Assembly (NCBI GenBank): GCA_934162255.1
Contig: CAKPIG010000005.1
Span: 18,480-82,479 of the forward strand
Length of the DNA: 64,000 nt
Reading direction: 5' to 3'
From: an uncultured Clostridia bacterium
GTDB lineage: Bacteria; Bacillota; Clostridia; TANB77; CAG-508
The first letter of the stretch is position 1, and every line of letters begins with the position of its first letter. The notes under the pieces were generated by a model that made no database searches, was not told the DNA's origin, and saw only the letters and a list, made by a program, of their open reading frames with translations. This document shows positions 19,053-26,994 of the stretch, in pieces. A program made the position numbers and the translations under genes.

Positions 19053-19289
19053 ATGTATTTATCTGATGCAGTAAGAAATAGAATTAGATTTTATCAAGAC
19101 AAAAAGCAAATGAGTCTTTGGGCTTTGTTCAAGGCTTCTGGTGTTCCAATGTCAACACTTGCAGCTTTTATGAGTCAAAGAACTGAATTAATAAAGTTAG
19201 ATACTTTACTTCATATTTGCGAAGGTTTTGGTATAACTTTAACAGAATTTTTTGAAGACGAAGTTTTTAAAGAAGTAGAACAAGATTAA
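19053..19289 (+). CDS. XRE-family helix-turn-helix transcriptional regulator
   Basis: 78 aa. MSLWALFKASGVPMSTLAAFMSQRT...LHICEGFGITLTEFF is a typical HTH_3/Cro-C1 fold pattern. ATG at 19053 after GGGGTGA. Confidence 0.8.
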   Translation: MYLSDAVRNRIRFYQDKKQMSLWALFKASGVPMSTLAAFMSQRTELIKLDTLLHICEGFGITLTEFFEDEVFKEVEQD

Positions 19290-19297
19290 TTGAATAT

Positions 19298-19336
19298 TGT
19301 AATATTTTTGTAATATAAATGTAATGTAATTGTAAT
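19298..19336 (+). promoter_or_regulatory. Phased TGTAAT direct-repeat element, copy A
   Basis: Four TGTAAT hexamers start at 19298, 19309, 19320 and 19331, an exact 11-bp phasing. The element begins a few nt after the XRE stop codon and lies upstream of a TATAAT at 19359..19364 and the HExxH ORF. Confidence 0.6.
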
Positions 19337-19409
19337 ACACTTTTACGACAAAATATTGTATAATTAATTTGACGAATTTTTATACAAAAAGACAAATTTG
19401 GAGGATAAA

Positions 19410-20492
19410 ATGAGCATTGAGTCTGACCTACGCAAAGATGGAATTAGAGTAATCGACATACTTGATACAGTATCTGTAAATAAAATAGCTCATAGTATAG
19501 CCAAAAAACTTTGTGATAATTTTCCTGAACTTTGTTTTAGTGAAAATGTTTTATTCACAAAATTGTCTCAATTAAATATGTATAGAGCTAGTATGCCTGA
19601 AGGAATGGCTGAGGCTAACTATTTTTATAAAAATACATCTATATATTTTAATGAAAAAATCGCATTTGAGGACTTAGAAGAATTCGCTATTCACGAGTGT
19701 ATTCATTATATTCAAGAAGTTAAAGATAAAAAGAATAACCTTGTTCGAATGGGTCTATGCGTTTTTGATAATTTTAAAATTTTAGGTATGGGATTAAATG
19801 AAGCTGCTGTGCAGTATATGACTTCCAAAATCATAGGTATTGAAAGAGACTATGTAAAATATTTTGGAGTTTCTTTCAGAACAGCAAGTCCATCATATTA
19901 TCCTATAGAATGTAATTTAATTGAACAAATGGCTTATATAACAGGTGAATCTGTTTTATTTGATAGTACTTTTACAAGTAATGATAAATTTAAGAATAAG
20001 TTTATTGAGTTAACTTCTGAAAAAACATATGATGAGGTTGAATATTGTATCGACCAAATTCTTGAACTTGAAGAAACAATTATAAAATTAGGTAATAAGT
20101 TTGCTTCTTTTGATGAAAGAAATAAAAAGGTTGATAAAATAGTTGCAAAATCTGATAGCTGTAAGGCTAAGATTGCCGAATATTATGTTAAAGCTCAAAA
20201 TTTAATAATCAAAAATTATTTTGATAGAGCTTTTAAAAAGATTACTAATTTAGAAGAACTTGATGAATATAGAAAAAGCTTAGAACATTATAAGGAGTTA
20301 ATTGGTCGTACTGATGACTATACCTTCTTTGATGATTACTATACAGAAAAGATGACCGAGTTAGAACATAAATCTAATATACTTGAAAATGGCGGCATCG
20401 AAACTGCTCTTGAGGTCAAGAAAGTTAATAAATTTGTTTCTTGGTTTAGAGCATTTAAGAACTTCGTAACAGGAGAAAAAATACATAATTAA
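19410..20492 (+). CDS. HExxH metallopeptidase-motif protein (ImmA/IrrE-like N-terminal region, long helical C-terminus)
   Basis: 360 aa with ATG at 19410 after GGAGGA. It has FAIHECIHYIQE (HExxH), with GLNEAAVQY about 30 residues later as a possible third ligand. Confidence 0.55.
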   Translation: MSIESDLRKDGIRVIDILDTVSVNKIAHSIAKKLCDNFPELCFSENVLFTKLSQLNMYRASMPEGMAEANYFYKNTSIYFNEKIAFEDLEEFAIHECIHYIQEVKDKKNNLVRMGLCVFDNFKILGMGLNEAAVQYMTSKIIGIERDYVKYFGVSFRTASPSYYPIECNLIEQMAYITGESVLFDSTFTSNDKFKNKFIELTSEKTYDEVEYCIDQILELEETIIKLGNKFASFDERNKKVDKIVAKSDSCKAKIAEYYVKAQNLIIKNYFDRAFKKITNLEELDEYRKSLEHYKELIGRTDDYTFFDDYYTEKMTELEHKSNILENGGIETALEVKKVNKFVSWFRAFKNFVTGEKIHN

Positions 20493-20575
20493 CAAATGAT
20501 GAATTTTAGTTTACAAATGATTCTAATTTGCTAATGAAATTTTTATCTACTAATGATTATTATACAAAAGATATT

Positions 20576-20602
20576 AAAACCTCAGTTTTTAGCTGAGGTT
20601 TT
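20576..20602. terminator. Bidirectional terminator
   Basis: AAAACCTCAG-tttttag-CTGAGGTTTT lies between the convergent HExxH ORF and the 648-aa ORF. Confidence 0.8.
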
Positions 20603-20604
20603 AT

Positions 20605-22551
20605 TTATTGTATTCCAAATGAACCTGTATATGCATTTATTGCTTCTGTTGTACTTCCTAAATATCCAATAATCGTTTGTCTTGAATATGAACTCCCAAT
20701 TAATCCTGCATGATAATTTAATCCTCCTGAATCTGGTTCTCTAAACATTATAGATCTATATATTCTTCTAACATGTTCTGTGTTATTGTAGTTGTGTAAA
20801 TTATATTCCTCTCCATTTAATAAACCTGCTTGTACCACTGCCATTGCCATGTATTTTTGATTTCCTGATACACTTGAGCTATATCCACAAGATGAAAAAT
20901 ACCCTTGTCCACTAGGCCAATAGTTAAAATTATATCCATCATATAAAATCTTTGTCCAATATTCTTCACCTGAATCATCTGCCATTCTGTCTAATATATT
21001 ATAATATGCTCTTACAACAAATGCTTGGTATTTATTATATACTCTAATTGTTTGTTTTGCATATCCAATATTTCCTGCTGAATCTACTCCTTTTCCATAT
21101 ATATAATATATTGTAGAATTAGCTGCAGCTGTAGCTGATGATGGACTATCATTTGCAGAAAGTCTTATTACTGTTTCTTGAGTACTTCCTCCAGAAACAT
21201 TGCTCCAGTTTCCAGAAGCACTTACAGATGTTACATTATCATAATTACCAACATTTTGTGTGCTTGCTCTAAATTGAAGGCTTGTTATATATTCATTTGC
21301 ATTTATTCTCATAGTTATTGCTTTTCCAGAAAATGCTTTATATGTGCTTGTACTTGTCCCTGATGCCATTCCATTAGTCAAGTTATAACTATCAGTACCA
21401 ACTCTCATGTTATACCACATTGTTTCTCCTAATGATATGGTTGGAGCAATATTGTCTAAATAAAATGCATTTGTTCTAGCAGTTGTAGTATTTCCCACAT
21501 TGTCTTTGGCTATAACCCACAAATACCAGTTGTTTCCACTATCGACTGACCCTGTTATTGTCCCTCCATTTGAAAATGTTCTGCTAAATGAACTTTCTGC
21601 TGGTGTTGACGTGCTTTGAGTCCATGCATATTTTAATGAACTTGTATTAACTCCTGATCCACTATCAGATACTGTTACTGTTGTGCTATGGCTTTTAGCC
21701 CATGTTGTACTTCCATTTGTTCCAAAAGATACCGTTGGAGCTGTTATATCCATTTTTACTTGAGTTGTTTCAACTTCACTTACTTGTCCAAGATTATCTA
21801 CTGCTCTAAACCAAATTGTCGTATTATAATTGTTATACCATCCACCTTTTATGCTTGCTGAGTTTCCGTTTCTTTCTAGACTATTTCCCCAATTTGTTGA
21901 CCAATTTACATTATCATAACTAAACTCTATTCTGTCTATTTGTGTTCTATCATCTTCTGTTGATGATGTTGCTGTTATAGTCAACATTGAATTTGTCCAG
22001 TTTCCATTACTTGGGTTGTCTATTACTGGCTTACTTGGTGGTGGTGGACCTATTTCAAAATTTATGTATGAATTCAATTCATTGCTATTTGCAACAGTTC
22101 CATCTTTATATTTGAAAGTTATATATATTGTAACTTCCTCTTTTGATTTTATTAATCCTCCCTTTTGTATTCCTCCTGTATCAATAACTACTTCTATATC
22201 AGTATTATCATAAAATGACTCATCATAGCTTAAACCTATAAAAGCATAGTTTTGACTTGTATTGTTATATAATTTTACTTTATATGTTATACTTGAGCTT
22301 CCATTTGTCTTTGATAACACTACTGTATTACTTAACATTCTTTTGACATATGTATTTATTTTTGATTCTACTGTGTCTGCATCTACATTTGAATAATATT
22401 CTGCATCACTTATAAATACTCCTTCTTGTAAAGGACTTTCTGCTTGTACTTCTATTGTTCCTGTGATATTTCCTATACTTGCAAATGCAGTTCCTAATAT
22501 CATTACGATAAACATGAGAAAAAAAGGAATTATACTTCTTATTTTTTTCAT
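20605..22551 (-). CDS. Secreted surface protein with Ig-like modules and a C-terminal DUF4214-like domain
   Basis: 648 aa. The leader MKKIRSIIPFFLMFIVMILGTAFASIGNITG shares a motif with the two small paralogs at 39858..40878. Modules are repeated (DITAPTVSF...SDSGSGV...AKDNVGN). The C-terminus reads YYNILDRMADDSGEEYW ... IMFREPDSGGLNYH, which is DUF4214-like. Confidence 0.75.
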   Translation of the reverse strand: MKKIRSIIPFFLMFIVMILGTAFASIGNITGTIEVQAESPLQEGVFISDAEYYSNVDADTVESKINTYVKRMLSNTVVLSKTNGSSSITYKVKLYNNTSQNYAFIGLSYDESFYDNTDIEVVIDTGGIQKGGLIKSKEEVTIYITFKYKDGTVANSNELNSYINFEIGPPPPSKPVIDNPSNGNWTNSMLTITATSSTEDDRTQIDRIEFSYDNVNWSTNWGNSLERNGNSASIKGGWYNNYNTTIWFRAVDNLGQVSEVETTQVKMDITAPTVSFGTNGSTTWAKSHSTTVTVSDSGSGVNTSSLKYAWTQSTSTPAESSFSRTFSNGGTITGSVDSGNNWYLWVIAKDNVGNTTTARTNAFYLDNIAPTISLGETMWYNMRVGTDSYNLTNGMASGTSTSTYKAFSGKAITMRINANEYITSLQFRASTQNVGNYDNVTSVSASGNWSNVSGGSTQETVIRLSANDSPSSATAAANSTIYYIYGKGVDSAGNIGYAKQTIRVYNKYQAFVVRAYYNILDRMADDSGEEYWTKILYDGYNFNYWPSGQGYFSSCGYSSSVSGNQKYMAMAVVQAGLLNGEEYNLHNYNNTEHVRRIYRSIMFREPDSGGLNYHAGLIGSSYSRQTIIGYLGSTTEAINAYTGSFGIQ

Positions 22552-22669
22552 ATTTTTCTTTCCTTTTTATATTATTTCAAGTATATCATTATGTCTATTT
22601 TTTAACAACATTAAAAATTCCGATATATATATATACGCCCTCAAGGGTTTCCGGGATTTTTATGTGATT

Positions 22670-22713
22670 ATTAATTTTTTATTACATTTTTGTTACAAAA
22701 ATATTACAATATT
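22670..22713 (-). promoter_or_regulatory. Phased TGTAAT direct-repeat element, copy B
   Basis: On the minus strand it reads AATATTGTAATATTTTTGTAACAAAAATGTAAT and matches copy A at 31 of 33 positions. Hexamers at 22708..22703, 22697..22692 and 22686..22681 are 11 bp apart, with a degenerate fourth at 22675..22670. It lies about 130 nt upstream of the 648-aa ORF. Confidence 0.6.
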
Positions 22714-23956
22714 ATTGTTCTAAGTATTTTTTTATAGATTCTGCTGCATCTCTTCCTGAGCGGGCTGCCCAAGCAACAGTCCCTTTGCATTTTGCTAAAT
22801 CTCCACCAGCAAAAACTTTTTCTCTTGATGTCATATTTTCATCATTAATTTTTATATATCCTTTTTCATCTGTGTCTAATTTAAGTGTTTTTGTGATGTC
22901 ATCTGGTCTTGAACCAAGTGCCATTATTACATAGTCCATATCTATTATGTAATTACTGCCTTCTATATCTATTGGTACTTTTCTTATTTCATTATCTTTT
23001 TGAACTAATTGCGTTTTTATTAATTCTATTTTTTTTACTTTTTCATTTCCAATTATTTTTGTTATATTATTTTGGAATAAAAATTTTATTCCTTCTTGTT
23101 TTGCTTCTTCTATTTCTTTTTCCTCTGCAGGCATTTCTTCTTGTGATCTCCTATAAATTATATTTACTTCAGAAGGTCCCATTCTTTTTATCGTTCTTGC
23201 ACAGTCTATTGCAACATTTCCTCCGCCTATTATTGCTACTTTTCTATTTTTGTAATCTGGATGGTTTCCTTTTTCTAATAATTGATTTCCTCCATATACT
23301 CCTTTTAAGTTTTCTCCTTCTACATTCATTTTAGTTGTTATATTTGCTCCAAAGGCTAGAAATATTGCATCATATTTTTCTTCTAGTTCACAAAGTTGTA
23401 GATTTTTGCCTAATTCTTTGTTATATTCTACATTTAATCCTAAATCTATTATTTTTTTAACTGTTTGTTTTACTATGTCTTTAGGCAATCTGAATTCAGG
23501 TATTCCATGAACAAGTAGTCCTCCTAAATAATTATATTTTTCAAATATAGTAACTTCATATCCTTCTTTTAGCAAAAATGCTGCTGCAGTTAAACCTGCA
23601 GGACCAGCACCTATTATTGCTATTTTCTTGTTCTTTTTATTTTTTTTATTTAATTTATATTTTTCTCTTATTGAAATATCTCCTATAAACGCTTCCATTT
23701 TTCCAATATTTACAGGCTTTGATTTTATTCCTCTTACACATGATCCTTGGCATTGCTTCGTATGTGGACATATTCTGCCACATACTGCTTCTAATACTGT
23801 TGTTTCTGAAAGTATTTCATATGCTTTTTCGTAATTTTCTTCTTTTATTTGTTGTATAAAATTTGGTATATCATTTCCTAAAGGACAGCCTTTATTTGAA
23901 CATGGTTTTATTTTACAGTTCAAGCAATAATTTGCGAATTCTTTTATTTCTTCCAT
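22712..23956 (-). CDS. GltD/NfnB-family NAD(P)H-dependent FAD oxidoreductase (glutamate synthase small-subunit-like)
   Basis: N-terminal Cys clusters (CLNCKIKPCSNKGCP, CGRICPHTKQCQGSC) and two Rossmann motifs (IAIIGAGPAGLTAA, VAIIGGGNVAIDCA). I prefer the ATG at 23956, because the track TTG start lies in the RBS. Confidence 0.8.
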   Translation of the reverse strand: MEEIKEFANYCLNCKIKPCSNKGCPLGNDIPNFIQQIKEENYEKAYEILSETTVLEAVCGRICPHTKQCQGSCVRGIKSKPVNIGKMEAFIGDISIREKYKLNKKNKKNKKIAIIGAGPAGLTAAAFLLKEGYEVTIFEKYNYLGGLLVHGIPEFRLPKDIVKQTVKKIIDLGLNVEYNKELGKNLQLCELEEKYDAIFLAFGANITTKMNVEGENLKGVYGGNQLLEKGNHPDYKNRKVAIIGGGNVAIDCARTIKRMGPSEVNIIYRRSQEEMPAEEKEIEEAKQEGIKFLFQNNITKIIGNEKVKKIELIKTQLVQKDNEIRKVPIDIEGSNYIIDMDYVIMALGSRPDDITKTLKLDTDEKGYIKINDENMTSREKVFAGGDLAKCKGTVAWAARSGRDAAESIKKYLEQ

Positions 23957-23957
23957 T

Positions 23958-24518
23958 TTATTCTCCAATATTTTTATATTTTTCTAATACTTCTTCTAGA
24001 TCTTTTATAAAATTTATTTTTTTACTTTCATCTCTTAATAATGCTGCTGGATGCCATGTTGGCATATATAATATTCCTCTTTTTTCAATCCATTTTCCTC
24101 TACTTGCTGTTATTCCATATTCTTTACCTAATATGTTTTTTAGTGCTACACTTCCAAGTAATACTATTATTTTAGGTTTTACTAGAATTACTTGATTTCT
24201 TAAATAATCTAAACATGCTGTTGCTTCATCATCTTCTGGATTTCTGTTTAATGGAGGTCTACATTTTACTATATTTGCTATATATACTTCTTCTCTTTTC
24301 ATTCCTAATGCTTCAAATGCCATGTTCATTAGTTTTCCTGCTTTTCCTACAAATGGTTCTCCTTGCATGTCTTCATCTGCACCTGGTCCTTCACCAATAA
24401 ACATTATATCTGCATTTCTATTTCCAACTCCAAATACAACATTATTTCTATTTTGAAATAACTTACATTTTCTACATTTTTTTACTTCGGCTTCTAGTTC
24501 TTCCCAATTATCATACAT
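23958..24518 (-). CDS. Uracil-DNA glycosylase, family 4
   Basis: [15 protein letters not shown] and [11 protein letters not shown] motifs. Confidence 0.85.
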   Translation of the reverse strand: MYDNWEELEAEVKKCRKCKLFQNRNNVVFGVGNRNADIMFIGEGPGADEDMQGEPFVGKAGKLMNMAFEALGMKREEVYIANIVKCRPPLNRNPEDDEATACLDYLRNQVILVKPKIIVLLGSVALKNILGKEYGITASRGKWIEKRGILYMPTWHPAALLRDESKKINFIKDLEEVLEKYKNIGE

Positions 24519-24529
24519 TTCTACACATC

Positions 24530-25315
24530 CTATATATTAAATATTTCCATCGCATTTTTATATGTTTGTTTTGCAACTTCTTCTACATCTATACCTTTTA
24601 TTTCTGCTATTTTTTCTGCCACAAATTTGACATTTCTAGAATCATTTCTCTTTCCTCTATTTGGCTCTGGTGATAGATATGGACTATCTGTTTCTATTAA
24701 AATCTTATCTAACGGAACCATTTTCACAACATCAGGAGCATTTTTTGAATTTTTAAATGTTATTGAACCTGCAAATGAAATATAATAGCCTAATTCTAAA
24801 GCTTGTCTTACTAATTCTTGATTTAGTTGACAACAATGAAATATTCCTCTTTTATTTACTTCATGTTCTTTTAGAATTTGTATTGTATCTACAGATGCAT
24901 CTCTTGAATGAATTACTATAGGTAATTTTAATTTATTTGCTAGTTCTATTTGTTTTATAAATGCATCTTTTTGAAGTTCTTTATTTTCTTTGTTCCAATA
25001 ATAGTCTAATCCAATTTCTCCTATTGCGACTATTTTTGTCCCTGAATTTTCATGATATATTTGTTCTATTTTTTCTATGTTTATCCACAATTCAGTATTA
25101 GATTGTGGAATATCATTAGGTGATATCCCAATTATAGTATAAGTAAAATCATATTTCTTTGCAATTTCAATTGCTTTTTTTGATGATTCAATATCATATC
25201 CTGCTACTATAAATTTTGTTATTCCAGAATCATATGTATCTTTTATTAATTGTTCTCTATCTTCATCAAATTTTTCATCATTATAATGTGCATGTGAGTC
25301 AAATAGCTCCATCAT
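24530..25315 (-). CDS. tatD: TatD-family metal-dependent DNase/hydrolase
   Basis: 261 aa with FDSHAH at the N-terminus and TatD-like spacing of His/Asp/Glu ligands (IGEIGLDY, VIHSRDA, ETDSPY). Confidence 0.85.
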   Translation of the reverse strand: MMELFDSHAHYNDEKFDEDREQLIKDTYDSGITKFIVAGYDIESSKKAIEIAKKYDFTYTIIGISPNDIPQSNTELWINIEKIEQIYHENSGTKIVAIGEIGLDYYWNKENKELQKDAFIKQIELANKLKLPIVIHSRDASVDTIQILKEHEVNKRGIFHCCQLNQELVRQALELGYYISFAGSITFKNSKNAPDVVKMVPLDKILIETDSPYLSPEPNRGKRNDSRNVKFVAEKIAEIKGIDVEEVAKQTYKNAMEIFNI

Positions 25316-25694
25316 TTTCCTCCTTGTATAGAACTACCACATTAGCTGTTGCATAATTTTTGCAATGTGATAGACTTATATCTATATTTTCTATATTTTT
25401 CATGTAGTTTTCATTTAATTTAACATATGGTCTTCCATTTTCATCATTTAGTATTTCAATTTGTTTCCAGTCTATGTCAAATTTATCTTTTAAGCTATCT
25501 GATATTGCTTTAAATACCGCTTCTTTTGCTGCAAATCTTGCTGCATAATGCTGATATTTCTGAACATTTTTACTTTCACAATACTTTATTTCATTTGCTG
25601 TATATACTCTATCACAAAATTTGCCATCAGTATTTTCTATAGATTTTTGTACTCTTTCTATTTCTATTATATCTGTTCCTGTTTTTATTTTCAT
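25299..25694 (-). CDS. acpS: Holo-[acyl-carrier-protein] synthase
   Basis: 131 aa with GTDIIEIERV and FAAKEAVFKA motifs. It overlaps tatD by 17 nt. Confidence 0.85.
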   Translation of the reverse strand: MKIKTGTDIIEIERVQKSIENTDGKFCDRVYTANEIKYCESKNVQKYQHYAARFAAKEAVFKAISDSLKDKFDIDWKQIEILNDENGRPYVKLNENYMKNIENIDISLSHCKNYATANVVVLYKEENDGAI

Positions 25695-25741
25695 TTTTAC
25701 CTCTTTACAATAATTTTACCAGAAGACACTCCCTCTGGTAA

Positions 25742-26971
25742 TTATTTAAAAATTAATAATATACTTATTGCATTTATTATTAATGCAACTATTAATAGTG
25801 CTGATACAGCCACATTTATTTTATTATTTTTTTCAATATTTAGTTCTTTATATAAAATATCATATTTGTTTTTTGTTTCAAAATATAAAGAATTCAATTC
25901 TAATACATCTTTTAAGTATTGGAAATATAGTGAACCTGTATCTTCTGATGTTACTTCATTTATCCAAAGTGTTTGTGTAAATTTTATGAATTCTTTTCTC
26001 GTCTGTTTTATTCTTGTTCCTTGTCTAAATTCAAAGTTTATTTTTTTCAAATATATTTGTGTATATATTGCTAATATATATGTATACAAATATTGTTCCT
26101 GATATTCTTGTGGTAGTACTGTATAATTATTGATGTCTGCTGTTGAAGTAAACATTGTTACTCCTTGTTTTGTCACTCCTAATTTTCCATATTGCCACTT
26201 AGAAATTACTTTCATATTTTCTCTTGAATAATTTACACTATTATCATTTGGTAACACATTTAAGAATTTAATATATGTTTCTTTTATTTTTTCAAATTCA
26301 CTTGTATTGTTCCAACTTTCTTGGTCTATGCATACATATGAATATGTTAAAAATCTTTCAGTATCAATGTCTAATTTCAAAGATTCTATTGTTGGTCCTG
26401 TTATGCTTTTTATAAATTCTTTTAGAATTTTCACATCAGCAAAACAGTCAGTTTGAACTCTTATTTTGTCATAATTATTCATACTTGAGAATTCTTGATT
26501 TATATCTCTAAATTTGTAATTAAAATTTAATACATCTGAAAATTTTTCACTATCTTCTATATTTGTTTTTATACATAAGAAACATATTCCTGTATTAAAA
26601 CATATTAATTCAATTTTAGGTATCTTAAAAAATATGCCACTTTTTTCTTCTGTTTTACCTTGTATGTCTTTTTTTATATTATATTCAAATATTGTGCAAT
26701 TATTTTTTGCTAATATTGCAGCTCTTGTTTCAAGAGGTAGTTCTTCCAATTTTTCTAATTTGCTTTTATTCCAATTGAAACTATTAAACATATAATTTCT
26801 TATTCTATTAGAAAAATATGAATATATTTCAAAATCTTTGTCTTTTTTGAAAATTTTTAAATTACAATTTTTATCTTTTAATAATCTTTGTATATATTTT
26901 ACATATTTACTTTCTTTTATAACATAAGGATATATAAAATATGTATATTGATATTTTGTCTTTAGCTCCAT
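25742..26971 (-). CDS. Hypothetical protein with a single C-terminal TM helix
   Basis: 409 aa, Tyr/Asn/Lys-rich soluble region ending in NVAVSALLIVALIINAISILLIFK. I recognise no family. Confidence 0.6.
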   Translation of the reverse strand: MELKTKYQYTYFIYPYVIKESKYVKYIQRLLKDKNCNLKIFKKDKDFEIYSYFSNRIRNYMFNSFNWNKSKLEKLEELPLETRAAILAKNNCTIFEYNIKKDIQGKTEEKSGIFFKIPKIELICFNTGICFLCIKTNIEDSEKFSDVLNFNYKFRDINQEFSSMNNYDKIRVQTDCFADVKILKEFIKSITGPTIESLKLDIDTERFLTYSYVCIDQESWNNTSEFEKIKETYIKFLNVLPNDNSVNYSRENMKVISKWQYGKLGVTKQGVTMFTSTADINNYTVLPQEYQEQYLYTYILAIYTQIYLKKINFEFRQGTRIKQTRKEFIKFTQTLWINEVTSEDTGSLYFQYLKDVLELNSLYFETKNKYDILYKELNIEKNNKINVAVSALLIVALIINAISILLIFK

Positions 26972-26994
26972 TTATTACAACATTCCTTTCATTA

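Noticed and set aside
22623-22635. A 13-nt alternating A/T tract upstream of the 648-aa surface-protein gene, as a possible phase-variation repeat.
   Set aside because: It is short for slipped-strand switching. It lies outside the predicted -35/-10 spacer. Such tracts are expected by chance in a genome this AT-rich.
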